The notes beneath the pieces were generated by a model. That model worked only from the letters and a program-made list of their open reading frames with translations. It did no database searches and was not told the origin of the DNA. Positions 28,001 to 38,500 of a stretch of DNA of 39,596 nucleotides are shown here, one piece after another. Positions within the stretch are counted from its first letter, which is position 1; each line of letters starts with the position of its first letter. The DNA comes from Oscillospiraceae bacterium. Its GTDB lineage: Bacteria; Bacillota; Clostridia; Oscillospirales; Oscillospiraceae. The position numbers and the translations under genes are program-made. The DNA is taken from contig JAITKI010000033.1 of assembly GCA_031278515.1 (NCBI GenBank), positions 1 to 39,596 on the forward strand, in the 5' to 3' direction.

Positions 28001-28680
28001 TATCCGCCCTGCTCATGCGGATTGACCTTTGAGATCATCTCCTGCAGCTTATCGAGCACAATGTCCGACGAGATGATCCCGATAAACCCGTCTTTGTGTA
28101 TTATGGGAAATACAAAGCTGGCAAGCATAACGGTATTGCCCTGTACGTCATATGGGTACGGGTCTGTAATATACTCACAGCGCCCCGCCTTGGGCTCGAT
28201 ATACCAGTCGGAGATGTCGATGTCGTACAGCGGCTGCACCTCAATGTTGCCGTCGAGCTTATTCCAGTAAGGCGCGTATCGGCCCGTCTCGTCATACTCC
28301 GGCCCCATGCCGGCGTAGAAGTCGTCCAGCCCGTCCAGCGCGTCGGGGTCGTAGGCTATGCAAAACGCGGTTATGTACTCTTTTTCGGCGAGTGTGTTTC
28401 GCAGGATGTCGTTCATCATGTCCCTGTCGGTGAGTTCGTGATCCTTGAGCGTCTCAAACACCGTCGAAAGCGTCTCGGAGGTGATTCGCGCGCCCTGAAT
28501 TTCCGCCAATATCTCGTTTTTATACTTGTCCGCCGTCTCCTGCGCGAGACTGAAGGCGTCTTTTTTTGCCATTTCATACGACTTGCCCGAAACGATGACG
28601 GTGAGCGCGGAAAAAGCTACGATGACGACGAGCGCGACCGAGAAAAATATTTTTGCCCTGAGACTGAGATTTCCAAACAT
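25096..28680 (-). CDS. hybrid sensor histidine kinase with two kinase cores and two receiver domains
   Basis: Order: TM, Cache-like periplasmic region, TM, HAMP, H-box 1 SHELRTP (His codon 27412-27414), HATPase (DTGIGI...GGTGLGLSI), REC (ILVVDDEP...LLDVMMP), H-box 2 SHEIRTP (His codon 26212-26214), HATPase (DTGIGM...GGAGIGLTI), REC (VLLAEDND...LMDLQMP). ATG 28680 with a GAGGAG SD. Confidence 0.9.
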   Translation of the reverse strand: MFGNLSLRAKIFFSVALVVIVAFSALTVIVSGKSYEMAKKDAFSLAQETADKYKNEILAEIQGARITSETLSTVFETLKDHELTDRDMMNDILRNTLAEKEYITAFCIAYDPDALDGLDDFYAGMGPEYDETGRYAPYWNKLDGNIEVQPLYDIDISDWYIEPKAGRCEYITDPYPYDVQGNTVMLASFVFPIIHKDGFIGIISSDIVLDKLQEMISKVNPHEQGGYTEIFSNAGVVVAHPETPRLGGDLADDLARASYAGEAKAAIKNGETYIFSGEDYYTVYAPIRFSEVTNPWSVAVSIPMTKILDNANGIRNYVLAVSLIAICVIAVVLYIIARSITRPILILSDTAKLLGEGRFDVEAPVFRSNDEIGALSGAFAFMAGEINRLITKLRGYAQTLEEKNTYLNKLNELKDEFLANTSHELRTPITGIIGIVESMIDGAAGALTDEQKYNLALVANSGKRLSNLVNDILDFTKLKNKEIELQLKPVDLKTAVDTVIALSRPLAKGKDLKLVNEVDASFTAVNADENRIQQILYNLVGNAIKFTEKGSVTVSAGIVDGMAAISVSDTGIGIAGDKFDGIFESFEQGDGSTEREYGGTGLGLSITKKIVELHGGTIGVESRLGKGSRFTFTLPRADDAKGEGAAEVSEQLRSVIDIENFAAESSPSETAPQSAPQGGYRILVVDDEPVNIQVLSNILTMRGYGVSKAYGGQEAIDMIESGGEFDLVLLDVMMPKKSGYDVCSQLREKYSLFDLPIIMLTAKNRIQDVVLGFQSGANDYIQKPFDKNELVARVRTLLELKGATLAAMEANKAKRSFLANISHEIRTPLNAVIGLTKLLMATPMNEKQRGYAEKMGRAASTLLGLVNDMLDFSKADSGGMRLEQTPFELRRLLGDLEVFFRDQTPKSGVALRFEIDPLLPETVVGDPLRLQQIFINLIENAYKFTEKGVVTVRAAVMKRAEDSVTAFFAVEDTGIGMDKEQLDGIFAVFNQADNSAARRYGGAGIGLTITKQMVELMGGEISVSSQPGMGTVFSFHCAFPLRAQTPETPPPVPQPVEVSGENAALRGMRVLLAEDNDINSMIVTEVLSAAGVEVTAVENGKEALRILGEAAAGREKPPFDLILMDLQMPVMDGYEATGIIKNTPEYADIPIYALTAHAFPEERERCLTLGMEKHLTKPIDVAALYAALREARSI

Positions 28681-28760
28681 AAAAACTCCTCAATATTCCG
28701 TGGTTACGGCGCCCGAGCGCGTCCTTGATTTCTCGCCGCGCGGCGCCCTGCTATCGTGTA

Positions 28761-28790
28761 AGTATATCACACAACATCCCGTATACGCAA
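28761..28790 (-). promoter_or_regulatory. sigma-70-like promoter for the sensor kinase
   Basis: On the minus strand: TTGCGT (28785-28790), 18-nt spacer, TATACT (28761-28766). Confidence 0.4.
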
Positions 28791-28899
28791 GATATATTGC
28801 ACGAATGGCGGAATTTGTCGTAATTTGTAGGAATTGTAACAACCCTGCGCCGCTCCAAACCCGCGCGATTCGCCGCACCCTCCCCGGTGAGTTAATCAG

Positions 28900-28944
28900 A
28901 ATCAATTCGTTTGCAGCGGTTTCGCCATCACAAACGAATTGATT
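28900..28944 (+). repeat. hairpin repeat copy 4 (degenerate upper stem)
   Basis: AATCAATTCGTTTG (28900-28913) pairs perfectly with CAAACGAATTGATT (28931-28944). The inner 17 nt CAGCGGTTTCGCCATCA keep the right upper arm GCCATCA but not the left one. Confidence 0.75.
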
Positions 28945-28959
28945 CAAATTTCTGTATAC

Positions 28960-30871
28960 AACCTAAAACCCTGATAATAGTTACTCAAAACGCTATTGCC
29001 TGATGATGCCGAGCCTTGATAGGAATAAACGGTCGCGTTTAATTGTTTCTGTTTGCCATCTACATTTGCTCATGTTCGTGTAGACCGTTGTTTCTTCGAT
29101 GCAGTCAAACCAAGCAAACAACCGCTCAATCGACATGCTGTTTAACCAGTTGAGAAGCGCCTTTTCTTCCTTCAAATTTTGCTCGGTGTCATGTAACGGA
29201 TCGCCGTTTTTTATAGCAAGAGTCTTTTTTAAATTCGAGATTGCCTGATGCAGATATTCATGGTAACAAAGCGCGACGAACTGGCAAAAAAACCGGCCGC
29301 TCAGACTATCCGGATACCATACCCTTGTTCGATTGCCGTCGACATATTGCTTATCCATGCGGAAGTGTTCCTCTATCTTTTCCCTCCGTCGGTACTTCCG
29401 CAACGCATCCCAGACATCCAGCGGCGCATTGGAAACAAGGATAAAACAACCTGCAAAACGGGTCGCATCCTGAAATGCCTCCTCATTGTATGTGATAGAT
29501 AAACCGCCTCTGGTGTTTCTGATCATGAGATATTTGTCTGCAATTCGTCGCTCACCTTCAGATATTGGTTGTACTTCGGCTTTCAGATGTTCTTGGACTT
29601 TTCTGATATCATCAGCCAGGGAGGCCGTATCGCATTCGGCCTTGGCAGCGTTTCTGTACAAGTAAAGATATATCCGATGTTCTTCTGTTACCACATCCCC
29701 TTTCGAGATGTTACTGCGGCTGCGCTCTCTGACCCGCCGGAAATTATGTTGGGTCGCGATTGCCATTCCGTACACGCTCGGGTCAAAAGGACAGTGGTTG
29801 GACAACTGACTGATAGAATTCAATATCCCATCGAACTCAGACTTAATCCATGAAGCATTCAGCTTTCCAGCGACTAAAAACTTAATATGGCTGCGTATGA
29901 GTGTCAGCATATTGTCTTCGGAATAGAATCCTGCATCCATTACAAACATTGGCTTTTCCATACCGAAGACGGAGAGTTGCTTGCTGGCGTTGATAATAGA
30001 AATGACATCTGGTATATTTCCCGGTTGTCTCGCGTAAGCAATCGGCTGTCCTGTTTCCAAGCAATACTGCGTTAAAAGTTTCACGCTCTTTAGTCCGTCA
30101 TCGCTTTTATTATAGCCGTATCTTGCTTCGATCTGGTTCTCTGAATACGACGAGACGGTAGTTGAGTCAAATGCGATGGAAGACTTGGATGGCACACGGT
30201 CAGCTCTCGCACGGAAGAATTTCTGTTGCATGTCGGCATCCGTGCCGATCGCTTTCATCAAGGCATAACATCCGTCTTGAGATATGCCGTCCCGATAGGG
30301 GATATCGTGGTTTATCTGCCATTCTTCGATATAAGGGATGGTCTTGCCTGGGTTCGCATTCCAGTAGCGGGCAATTGAAAGAATTTTCTCGGCGGTCGTG
30401 CGATCGGTAGCGTGGAGAAGATCCTGATCAATGCCGGATTCGCGGCCAATCCATTCCAGGATGCAAGCAACGCCAATCCTCTTGCTTGATGCCAATTTCG
30501 GTACGGATGCTTTTGCCCTGCGGGGTCTCGTTGAAACCATTTCTGTCTTTCCAGCCGGAATTTTACCAACCAAATGACTGCTTATAACTTCATTGAAGCG
30601 TTTTTCGGGGTTGTATTTGGTCGTTCTCTCATAAATGTAAATATCTCCATTGCCGCGTTTGACATTGACTTGCCCGGTTTTTGGCTCTAACGAAGCTTTT
30701 TTTGGCATGATGTCCCTCCTGATTTGAGTTACTATATTATATAATAGTTACTCGAATAAATCAAGAGGGAAAATACCGTTAAATGCCGAAAATAAACCAT
30801 ATTTACTGACTAATGAAGTTGAAATATCCTTTGAGGTCGTTTTTGAGTGAGCATTGTCAGGGTTTTAGGTT
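28960..30871 (-). mobile_element. insertion sequence, IS4 superfamily (IS1634-like), about 1.9 kb
   Basis: Imperfect terminal inverted repeats: AACCTAAAACCCTGATAATAGTTACTCAAAACG (28960-28992) versus the reverse complement of 30838-30871, AACCTAAAACCCTGACAATGCTCACTCAAAAACG (first 15 nt identical). One transposase gene. Visibly more AT-rich than the flanks. No target-site duplication found. Confidence 0.85.
28993..30708 (-). CDS. DDE transposase (IS4/IS1634-like)
   Basis: ATG 30708 with an AGGAGGG SD. DDE candidates FDSTTVSSYS and VMDAGFYSEDN, plus the YREK-type signature YRRREKIEEHFRMDK. 571 aa. Confidence 0.85.
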   Translation of the reverse strand: MPKKASLEPKTGQVNVKRGNGDIYIYERTTKYNPEKRFNEVISSHLVGKIPAGKTEMVSTRPRRAKASVPKLASSKRIGVACILEWIGRESGIDQDLLHATDRTTAEKILSIARYWNANPGKTIPYIEEWQINHDIPYRDGISQDGCYALMKAIGTDADMQQKFFRARADRVPSKSSIAFDSTTVSSYSENQIEARYGYNKSDDGLKSVKLLTQYCLETGQPIAYARQPGNIPDVISIINASKQLSVFGMEKPMFVMDAGFYSEDNMLTLIRSHIKFLVAGKLNASWIKSEFDGILNSISQLSNHCPFDPSVYGMAIATQHNFRRVRERSRSNISKGDVVTEEHRIYLYLYRNAAKAECDTASLADDIRKVQEHLKAEVQPISEGERRIADKYLMIRNTRGGLSITYNEEAFQDATRFAGCFILVSNAPLDVWDALRKYRRREKIEEHFRMDKQYVDGNRTRVWYPDSLSGRFFCQFVALCYHEYLHQAISNLKKTLAIKNGDPLHDTEQNLKEEKALLNWLNSMSIERLFAWFDCIEETTVYTNMSKCRWQTETIKRDRLFLSRLGIIRQ

Positions 30872-32568
30872 TGAACGCCTACAATAGCGGCGGGTATCAG
30901 GGTGTCATAAATATCAGTAACGCGGCCAGTTCCGATCCGGCTACTAAAGCCGCGAGGAACGAGGCGTTAGTTAATCTCAATGCCGCGCGAAACGCGAAAC
31001 TCGCGGGTTCCGCGTCGCCTATCACGTGGGTTGGCGACGATGGGAAGACGTACACGGCTGAATCATACATGCTTAGTAATATCGGCGGAAGTTACGCTCC
31101 CGGTGGCGCGAGTTATTCGCCGACTTCGACGTTTACGAGTAATCTGCCCGCCGGCTTTGATAGCTCGGCGGGTTTGCAGAGTTCCGGCGCGTCGTCGCTG
31201 TCGTCGTCTCAATCGTCTCCGTACACGTATTCGGACGCTATCACGTATTACAGCAATAACGCAAACCAAAGCCAGATAGATAGTTTGAGGAGCGCTATTA
31301 ACAACTACAGGAGTTTTACGAGTACGCCGCAGCCGACGTGGGACGATGTGTACAAGGACGCGTACAACGCGGCGTTGAACGAGGTGCTTGGGCGGCAGGA
31401 GTTCAGTTATGATTTGAATACCGATCCGAATTATCAGGCGTACGCGCAGCAATATCTTATGGAGGGCGATAGGGCGACGCAGAATACTATAGCGCAGATG
31501 GCGGCGCTTTCGGGCGGTATGCCGTCGTCGGCGGCGGCCACGGCGGGCCAGCAGGCGGGCGATTACTACGCGGCGCAGCTCAGCGCCAAGGTTCCGGAGT
31601 TATACCAGCAAGCATATCAGCGGTATGTCGATGAGTTCAATATGGATCGTTCGGCGCTTGGCGATGTGTATAACGCGCGTAATTTCGATTACGGCATATA
31701 TCGCGACGATGTTGGCGATTATCAGGCGAACAGGGATTTTGACTACTCCGATTATCTCAATCAGTACGATATGCTTCAAAATTCGCTCAACAACTATGTC
31801 AACGCCGATGAGACGGCGTACGGCAGGTCACGCGACGCGATAGCGGACGCGCGGTACACCGATGAGACGGCGTACAACAGGGAGCGCGACGCGATAGCGG
31901 ACGCGCTGTACGCCGACGAGACGGCGTACAGCAGGTCACGCGACGCTTTAGGCGATACTCGGTATGAGACGGAGTACGCCGACGCGTTAAAGCAGCAGGA
32001 TTACGAGAATATGACGCAGGCGCAAAAGGACGCCTTTAACAGTGCGTGGGCGATGTTTGAGGCCGGTGTCATTAACGACAATGTGGCAAAGGCTTTAGGG
32101 TACGCGACGACGGCGCAGTTGCAGGCGGCGTATGACGCGGCTGTCAAGGCGGCAAAGTCGAGCGGTACGGGTACGGGTTCCGAAAAGGAGAGCGCGGACG
32201 TTTATGTCGAGGGGCGGGGGCCTGTGACGGCGGAGCAGCTTGCGTTAGGGTTGAAGAATGGCACTGTCAAGCAGGGTACGCGCAACGGGACGACGTATTA
32301 TTACGCGAGCGATGGGATTACGCCGATATCGCTGCCCGGCAGTTCCAGTTTCTACGGCGTGCCTGTGAACGAGCAGTACAAAATTATAGAGTCAACATAC
32401 GGTAAAGTTGTGCTTGACGCGATGCAAGCTGTCGGCAGGGTCATTAGCGGTACGAATGTTTCGGATAAGGTGAAGCAGCAGAGGGCCGAGGAGGCGTTGG
32501 CAAATTACGATCTGTCCGCCGAGGAGTATGCCGGTATACTCCAGGCGTATGGTCTTTCGTATAAGTAG
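30847..32568 (+). CDS. repeat-containing hypothetical protein (phage/ICE-like), 5' end probably displaced by the IS
   Basis: The frame has high third-position GC from the first base outside the IS (30872). The track's GTG start at 30847 lies inside the IS inverted repeat, so the native start is probably missing. The product is Ser/Ala/Tyr/Asp/Asn-rich with three 18-aa tandem repeats. Confidence 0.55.
   Translation: MSIVRVLGLNAYNSGGYQGVINISNAASSDPATKAARNEALVNLNAARNAKLAGSASPITWVGDDGKTYTAESYMLSNIGGSYAPGGASYSPTSTFTSNLPAGFDSSAGLQSSGASSLSSSQSSPYTYSDAITYYSNNANQSQIDSLRSAINNYRSFTSTPQPTWDDVYKDAYNAALNEVLGRQEFSYDLNTDPNYQAYAQQYLMEGDRATQNTIAQMAALSGGMPSSAAATAGQQAGDYYAAQLSAKVPELYQQAYQRYVDEFNMDRSALGDVYNARNFDYGIYRDDVGDYQANRDFDYSDYLNQYDMLQNSLNNYVNADETAYGRSRDAIADARYTDETAYNRERDAIADALYADETAYSRSRDALGDTRYETEYADALKQQDYENMTQAQKDAFNSAWAMFEAGVINDNVAKALGYATTAQLQAAYDAAVKAAKSSGTGTGSEKESADVYVEGRGPVTAEQLALGLKNGTVKQGTRNGTTYYYASDGITPISLPGSSSFYGVPVNEQYKIIESTYGKVVLDAMQAVGRVISGTNVSDKVKQQRAEEALANYDLSAEEYAGILQAYGLSYK
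31807..31968 (+). repeat. 3 x 54-bp in-frame tandem repeat
   Basis: Units at 31807-31860, 31861-31914 and 31915-31968 encode DETAYGRSRDAIADARYT / DETAYNRERDAIADALYA / DETAYSRSRDALGDTRYE. A partial fourth unit (TEYA) follows. Confidence 0.85.
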
Positions 32569-32588
32569 GGGCAAGGAGGTGCCGAGAA

Positions 32589-35500
32589 GTGGCTACCGCA
32601 ATTGACAGGATAATATCGTTGCGCGCGCGGAAAGCGTCGTCTGTGGGCGCGACTTCCGAGGCGGGCGCCGCGTGGGAGACGTCCGACGGGCGTGTGATTT
32701 CCGCGCCTACGCGCACACTTGCGCGGATTAAGGCGTTGCGGGAGTCCGGTACGGCGCGGTCGGCGGATGAGATTTTGCGCGAGGTACGCGAAGAGCAGGA
32801 GGCGGAGCGGACGGAGGCGGCGCGGGCGGCTGTTGAGGCGGCTGTGAAGGCGCGTAACGCGTCGCCGCTCGAGTCGTGGCTGCCGCGCGCTTCGACCGAC
32901 GAGGTCGCGCGGTACCATGAGCAGAAGCAGGAGCAAATTGACAAACTCCAATTCGCCGAGGCGGGTTTGCCGTTTCCGACGGGCGCTGACGCTGTGCGGG
33001 ATTACGCGGATTCTGAGTGGTCTGTGCTGCGTGAACGCGGCGCGGCGCGGAAGTACAACGCGAATCGCGCGGAGTACGATAAGTTGGCGGCTTTGCCCGC
33101 GACTCCGGCAAACGCCGCCAAGATGGCGCTTCTCAACGCGGATATGGAGGGGTATATCCGCTACGGGGATAATAAGAACGAGTATACCGAGCGGAAGAGC
33201 GCGTATGATAAGGGTTTGGATGATACGCGCGCCAGACTTGCGGAGTTGAAGGATACTGATTGGCAGGAATATGAGCGGCTGCTTAGAGAGACAAAGGAAA
33301 AGACGCCGCGGTACAACGCCGAGAAACAGTCGCTGGATGAGTTTTCATCTTCCCGGCAGAAGTCGGAGCGCGCGGCATACGCGGAGGCTTTGAAGATTGA
33401 GGATGAGCAATATCGTTTGAGGGCCGATTCCGGCTCAAAGGCGTACAAGAGTACCGTAAAGCTCGGGCAGGCGGAGGCGGAGCGTATCGCGGGTTTTACG
33501 GCAGACGAGACTACGGCGGCGACGGGAGATAAGTCGTCGCCTTTGACGTATACACAGCAACGTATCGTAAACAGAATCGTTCATGGGGCTTCCGCCGCTA
33601 AGCCTGTGTCGTACGAGCCCGGGTACGTCGATGTTACGGGTAAGGATTATTATGGGAAGTACGATTATCTGTCCGATAATGAGAAGACTGATTTCTATTA
33701 TTATCTCGGCAAGGGCGATACAGATGGCGCGTTTCGGTATCTCGGTATGCTCGGGACGACGCTCGAGGCGCGTGAGACGGGGAAGTACAAGGAGGATTTG
33801 AGCGCGGCGGCGAAGGAGGATCCCGCGGGGGGCGCGTTTTTGCAGTTTATGGCGAATTTCGCAACGCCGGGTGATTTGCTTGCTATGGGCGGCGAGGCGT
33901 TGGCGAACGCTGTCAGGGGCGACGCCAAGTACGAACCGGCGCGCCCGTCGAGTTCCGCGTATAGGGCGTCACAGAGTGTGTCGGCGCTGGGGCAGGGCGT
34001 CGAGGCGCGTATAAGGGAGGGTCTTGACGATACTAAGCCTGTGTTTCTCGGTATGACAATGGCGGATTTGGCGGGTCAGGGGTATCAGCTCGCGCAGTCT
34101 ATTGCGCAGTCCGGCGCGAATATGGCGCTGTTTGGGCCGGCGAGCATTTACGTGATGGGCGCTCAGGCGGCGGGTAACGCGGCGTACAACGCGGCGGAGC
34201 GCGGGTTGGCTCCGGATCAGGCGTTTTTGCTCGGACTCGGGAGCGGCGTCGTTGAGGCTGTCACGGAGAAGGTGTCTGTCGATCGTTTCTTCAAGCTGTT
34301 GGAGCAGGGTAAAAAGTTGAGCGCGAAACAGATGCTTTTGCAGATTGCGCAGCAAATGGTGGCGGAGGGCAGTGAGGAGGTCGTCGCTGAAGAGCTTAAC
34401 AATTTGGTCGATATTTTTGTTGCGGGCGACGCTTCGGAGTACGCGCGTTACAAGGCCGGGCTTGTCGAGAGCGGTATGAGCGAGTCCGAGGCGGAGAAGT
34501 CGGCTATGCTGCAATACTTCGTAAAGAACGCGGCGGTGGCCGGTATTGGGGGCGCTGTTTCCGGCGGTTTGTTCGGCGGCGCGGGCGCTGTGGGGAATAA
34601 CGCGCGAGTCGCCGCCTATGAGCGCGCCGTACAGGGCGCACAGGCTGCGCAGGGTGGTATAGTGCCGCAGGGTGGTACAGTGCCGCAGGGGCGGGAAAAT
34701 TCGCTTCCCGCGGCGATACAGGGCGATACGGCGCGGGGTAACGCGGCGAGGCCGGATGTGGCCGGTCTGATTCAGTCCGGGCCGAATCTGAGCAGACAGG
34801 AGGCTGCGGCTGCCGCGCTTGCGTCGGGCGATACTGATGTCAACGCAATCTTTCCGGCGGCGCGGAACGCCGGTTACAATCAGGGCGAGAGAGAGGGCGC
34901 GGCTGCGGATGGCGTGACTGCGGACGGCGATGTCTCAAATTTGTCGAGTCCGTGGGATTTGACGGCTGCCGATGTGACGGAACTTTTCGACGCTTACGAG
35001 GTTGCGCGGGAGGATAGGCCGGACGCGCAGAGGGCTGCGGATATTATCAACAAGGTGCAGCTGGGCGAGCAGTTGGGCGAGGCCGAGGTGATGCTGCTCG
35101 TCGAGTATCCGGAGTTTGCGTCTATCGCGGCGGAGTATGAGAGTTCAGAGCTTGGCGGGCGCGGTTTGGCGGATAGTGCGGCGCGGCAGGGCGACGCGGG
35201 ACAGGTTGTGACGGCGCGGGACAGTACGGGACAGGTCAATACGCAATCGGCGGCTCAGGCGGGTCAGGCGCAAGGCGCGTCGGTTTCCGGTGTAATCGGA
35301 CTAAATGGGGAGGTTTCAGGTAATGGCGAACAGGGCGGAGCGCAACAGCGAGGCGAGATACTTGATAGAGGATACGGACGGGTTTCTGATGAGTCTGACG
35401 GAGTCGCAGTTGAAAATGTATCGGGAGAACAAGGGCAAGACTATCCTGCCGAGGTCAGACGAGCGGCAGATAATAGACGAAATCTTTTACCAAATCAGGG

Positions 35501-38500
35501 GGCGTTATCCCCAAGGGTAAGTCCGGAGTCTCTCGGTATTACGGGCGGTTTCGGATACGGGTCGCTGCTGGAGCTGCCTAAATCCGTTTGGGACGAGGGT
35601 TTGAGCGCGTCGGCAAACGAGGTGAGACGGACTACGGGCGGCAATGTGCGGTTCGTGCTGGGTAAAATTCAGGTGCGGGGCGCGGGCAGTACTCGCGGTG
35701 TTCTGCTCGCCAATGGCGATATGGTTGTTCAGGCGGACGATTTGGGCGCGACGGCGGAGCAGGTTACGCGTCATGAGTTGTTTCACGCTTTGAATAAGGC
35801 CTCCGGTTCCGTATTGGTCGAGGCTATACGCGCCGAAATCAACAGGATGTTTCCTGATGATTCGTCGCTCCGGGGCGCTATTGAGACGTACTATAAGCAT
35901 TACATGAAGGCGCTCGCGGGTCATGGGTTGGCTCGCGAGCAGATTGAGTCGTATATCCTGGAGGAGATTTTCGCGGACGCTTACGCGGGTATAAACGCGT
36001 TCGGCGTCGATACGTCGCGTTGGTCTGAGATCTCCGCGCGATACGCCAACGCTGCCGCCGACCGGGCGGCCTCGGCGCGGTCGCAGACGGAGGCCGCTAC
36101 CGCCAGAACTACCGGGCCGCCGGATGTGACGCGGTTCAGCGTCAATCCGGATTTCGCGCAGGAAATTGATGAGTGGGACGGACGAGCGAACACGACATTT
36201 ACTGTCGGGAGTACTTCTGACGCGCTTAAAAGTATAGGTGTCGCCGACCGCGGTATAGTCTGGCATGGGCAAAAAATCGCGGAGATATTGCGCAAGCACG
36301 ACGGAATGAGCCGCGATATTATCAAGCAAGTGCCGAATATGCTTGAACGTCCTGTAGTCGTCGTAAAGTCGCGCAACAGCGACAGTCGTATTGTTATTTT
36401 CGGAGAAGTATACGACCGCAAGGGAAGCCCTGTTACTGCCATACTGGAGCTTATGCCGACTTCGCGCGGCGGCGAGCTGCTTGATATGAATGTCGTCGTC
36501 AGCGCTTACGGTAAGGACTCAAACGCGGCGTCTTTCATAAGAAACAGCGATCTCTTGTATCTTGATCCGGATAAAAATAGAACCGAAGCTTGGTTGAGCG
36601 CCGTTGGGCTCCAATTGCCCTCAGTTGCGTTCAACAAGTTCGGCTCTGTGGGGTCTGTGTCGTATATTGACGGTAAAGTCAAAATTGACGGCGTCCCCTT
36701 TACACGTAATATACCCGATTCCAAGGCAAAAAGCAATAGGAATTCCGCAAATAATCAAAGTCAGTCGGATAGTACAACAAAAGTTGAAGATTTTACAAAA
36801 GATGATATCACGCCGGAGGCTATCGAGAGCAATCGGGACGCGCTGCAAAAGTATTCCATAGCGTTCCACGGTTCGCCTTACAGCTTCGATGAGTTCCTGC
36901 TTGACCATATCGGTTCCGGTGAGGGCGCTCAGGCGCACGGCTGGGGGCTGTACTTTGCGGCGGACGAAAAGCTTGCCGCGAAGTACAAGGACGTGTTGAG
37001 CGAGAGGCGGCGCAACAAGTTCATTGTTGACGGTAAGCAGTTTACCGGCGTACAGCTGTACGATGAGTTCGCCGTTGACAGTCCTGAATACATAGGCTCT
37101 CACGCGCTCAAGGACGCGAACGGCGACGTTTCCGGGGCTGTGAAGTTTCTGCGTGGCGTTATCGCCGATTTGGAGCGAAACGAGCCTGTCGCGCCTGCGT
37201 CAGTGTACAGGAACGCCACTGTGGAGGCGGCGAACGAGGCGATTGCGGCGATTTCAGACGGACGCGTGTCATACGACTCGACGCCTGCTCCCGGCGCGCT
37301 GTACACCGTGGATATTCCGGACGAGGATGTCATGCTCCGGGAGGATGGGACGCTTTGGGATCAGCCGGATTTCATACAAGACTTGCTTGAAGAGGAGTTC
37401 GACGAGGCTTCTTACATCGATAACGCCACGGGGCGCGATGTGTATTTGCGGCTTTCCGACGAGTACGGGAAGCGCGGGGCGTCGGAGTGGCTTAACGAGC
37501 GCGGCATAAAGGGTATTGTGTACGGCGGTCGGCGCGACGGTAAGGCTTATGTGGTGTTCGATGACAAGGCGATTAAGATTCTTGATAAGGCGGCGGAGGT
37601 CGTCTCCGGGGGCGCGGAGCAGAGGTTTAGTATCGGAGAGGCCGAGGACGGTACGCGGTTCGTCGAGGTGGATACGGATCAGCATTTGTTTGACGGCGCG
37701 GCAATAAGTGATTACCCGAAAATTGCAAGGCGGTACATACGGGCGAGGTTTCGGGGTATCCCGCTTCAAGTTGGTACAAACGGAACCGCTCGTGTCTCAA
37801 ACCGTTCCGCCGGAGAATACGCGCATAGCGCGCGACCGTATAAAGCGCGCGCGGCAACGGAACTTGACAATTTATTAAAAGTATCCAAATACTCACATTC
37901 CGCGCCGGACGAAAGCGGACGGAAATTTGCTTCGGACGGCTGGGAGTACCGGGCTGTAAAATTCCGAGTTGACGGCGTAATGTTTGAAGGGCTGATAAAC
38001 ATCGCAAAATCTCCGAATGGCGCGCTTTTCTACGATATGACAAACATAGAGCCTTCCGCCCTAAACGGTCAGACGAAAAACTCGTCCTCCGCCTCCCTGA
38101 TGGCGAAAAGCTCTGTTGCCAATAATATATCCAACTCCGGCGCAAAAAGCAATAGGAATTCCGCAAAAAATCAAAGTCAGTCGGATAGTACAATAAAAGT
38201 TGAAGATTTTACAAAATTCAGTCTGTCGGAGCCGATTGAGGCGACGCGTGACCTAATCGCGGTACATAACCTGTCCGTTGGGCAGTTGAATGAGAGTATT
38301 CGGCTGGGCGGCTTCGCTATGCCGAGCATAGCCGTAACGACGTCGGAGATGGAACACGACAGATACGGTGATGTTACGGTGCTGTTCGGCAGGGATACGA
38401 TAGACCCCAAGCGGAGCCGGAACAACAGGGTGTACAGCGGGGACGCGTGGACGCCGAGTTTTCCGGAGACGGGGTATAAGGCGAATTCGGCTGTTGTGAG

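Noticed and set aside
28941-30890. Target-site duplication flanking the IS
   Set aside because: I compared about 20 nt on each side (…AAATTTCTGTATAC | IS | TGAACGCCTACAAT…) and found no convincing direct repeat, so none is claimed.
35286-35530. Programmed ribosomal frameshifting as the explanation for the frame flip
   Set aside because: It would need a +1 shift followed by a -1 shift. I saw no X-XXY-YYZ slippery heptamer at either junction, and the alternative frame is closed by TAA stops at both ends. A separate embedded ORF or an ancestral gene fusion fits better.
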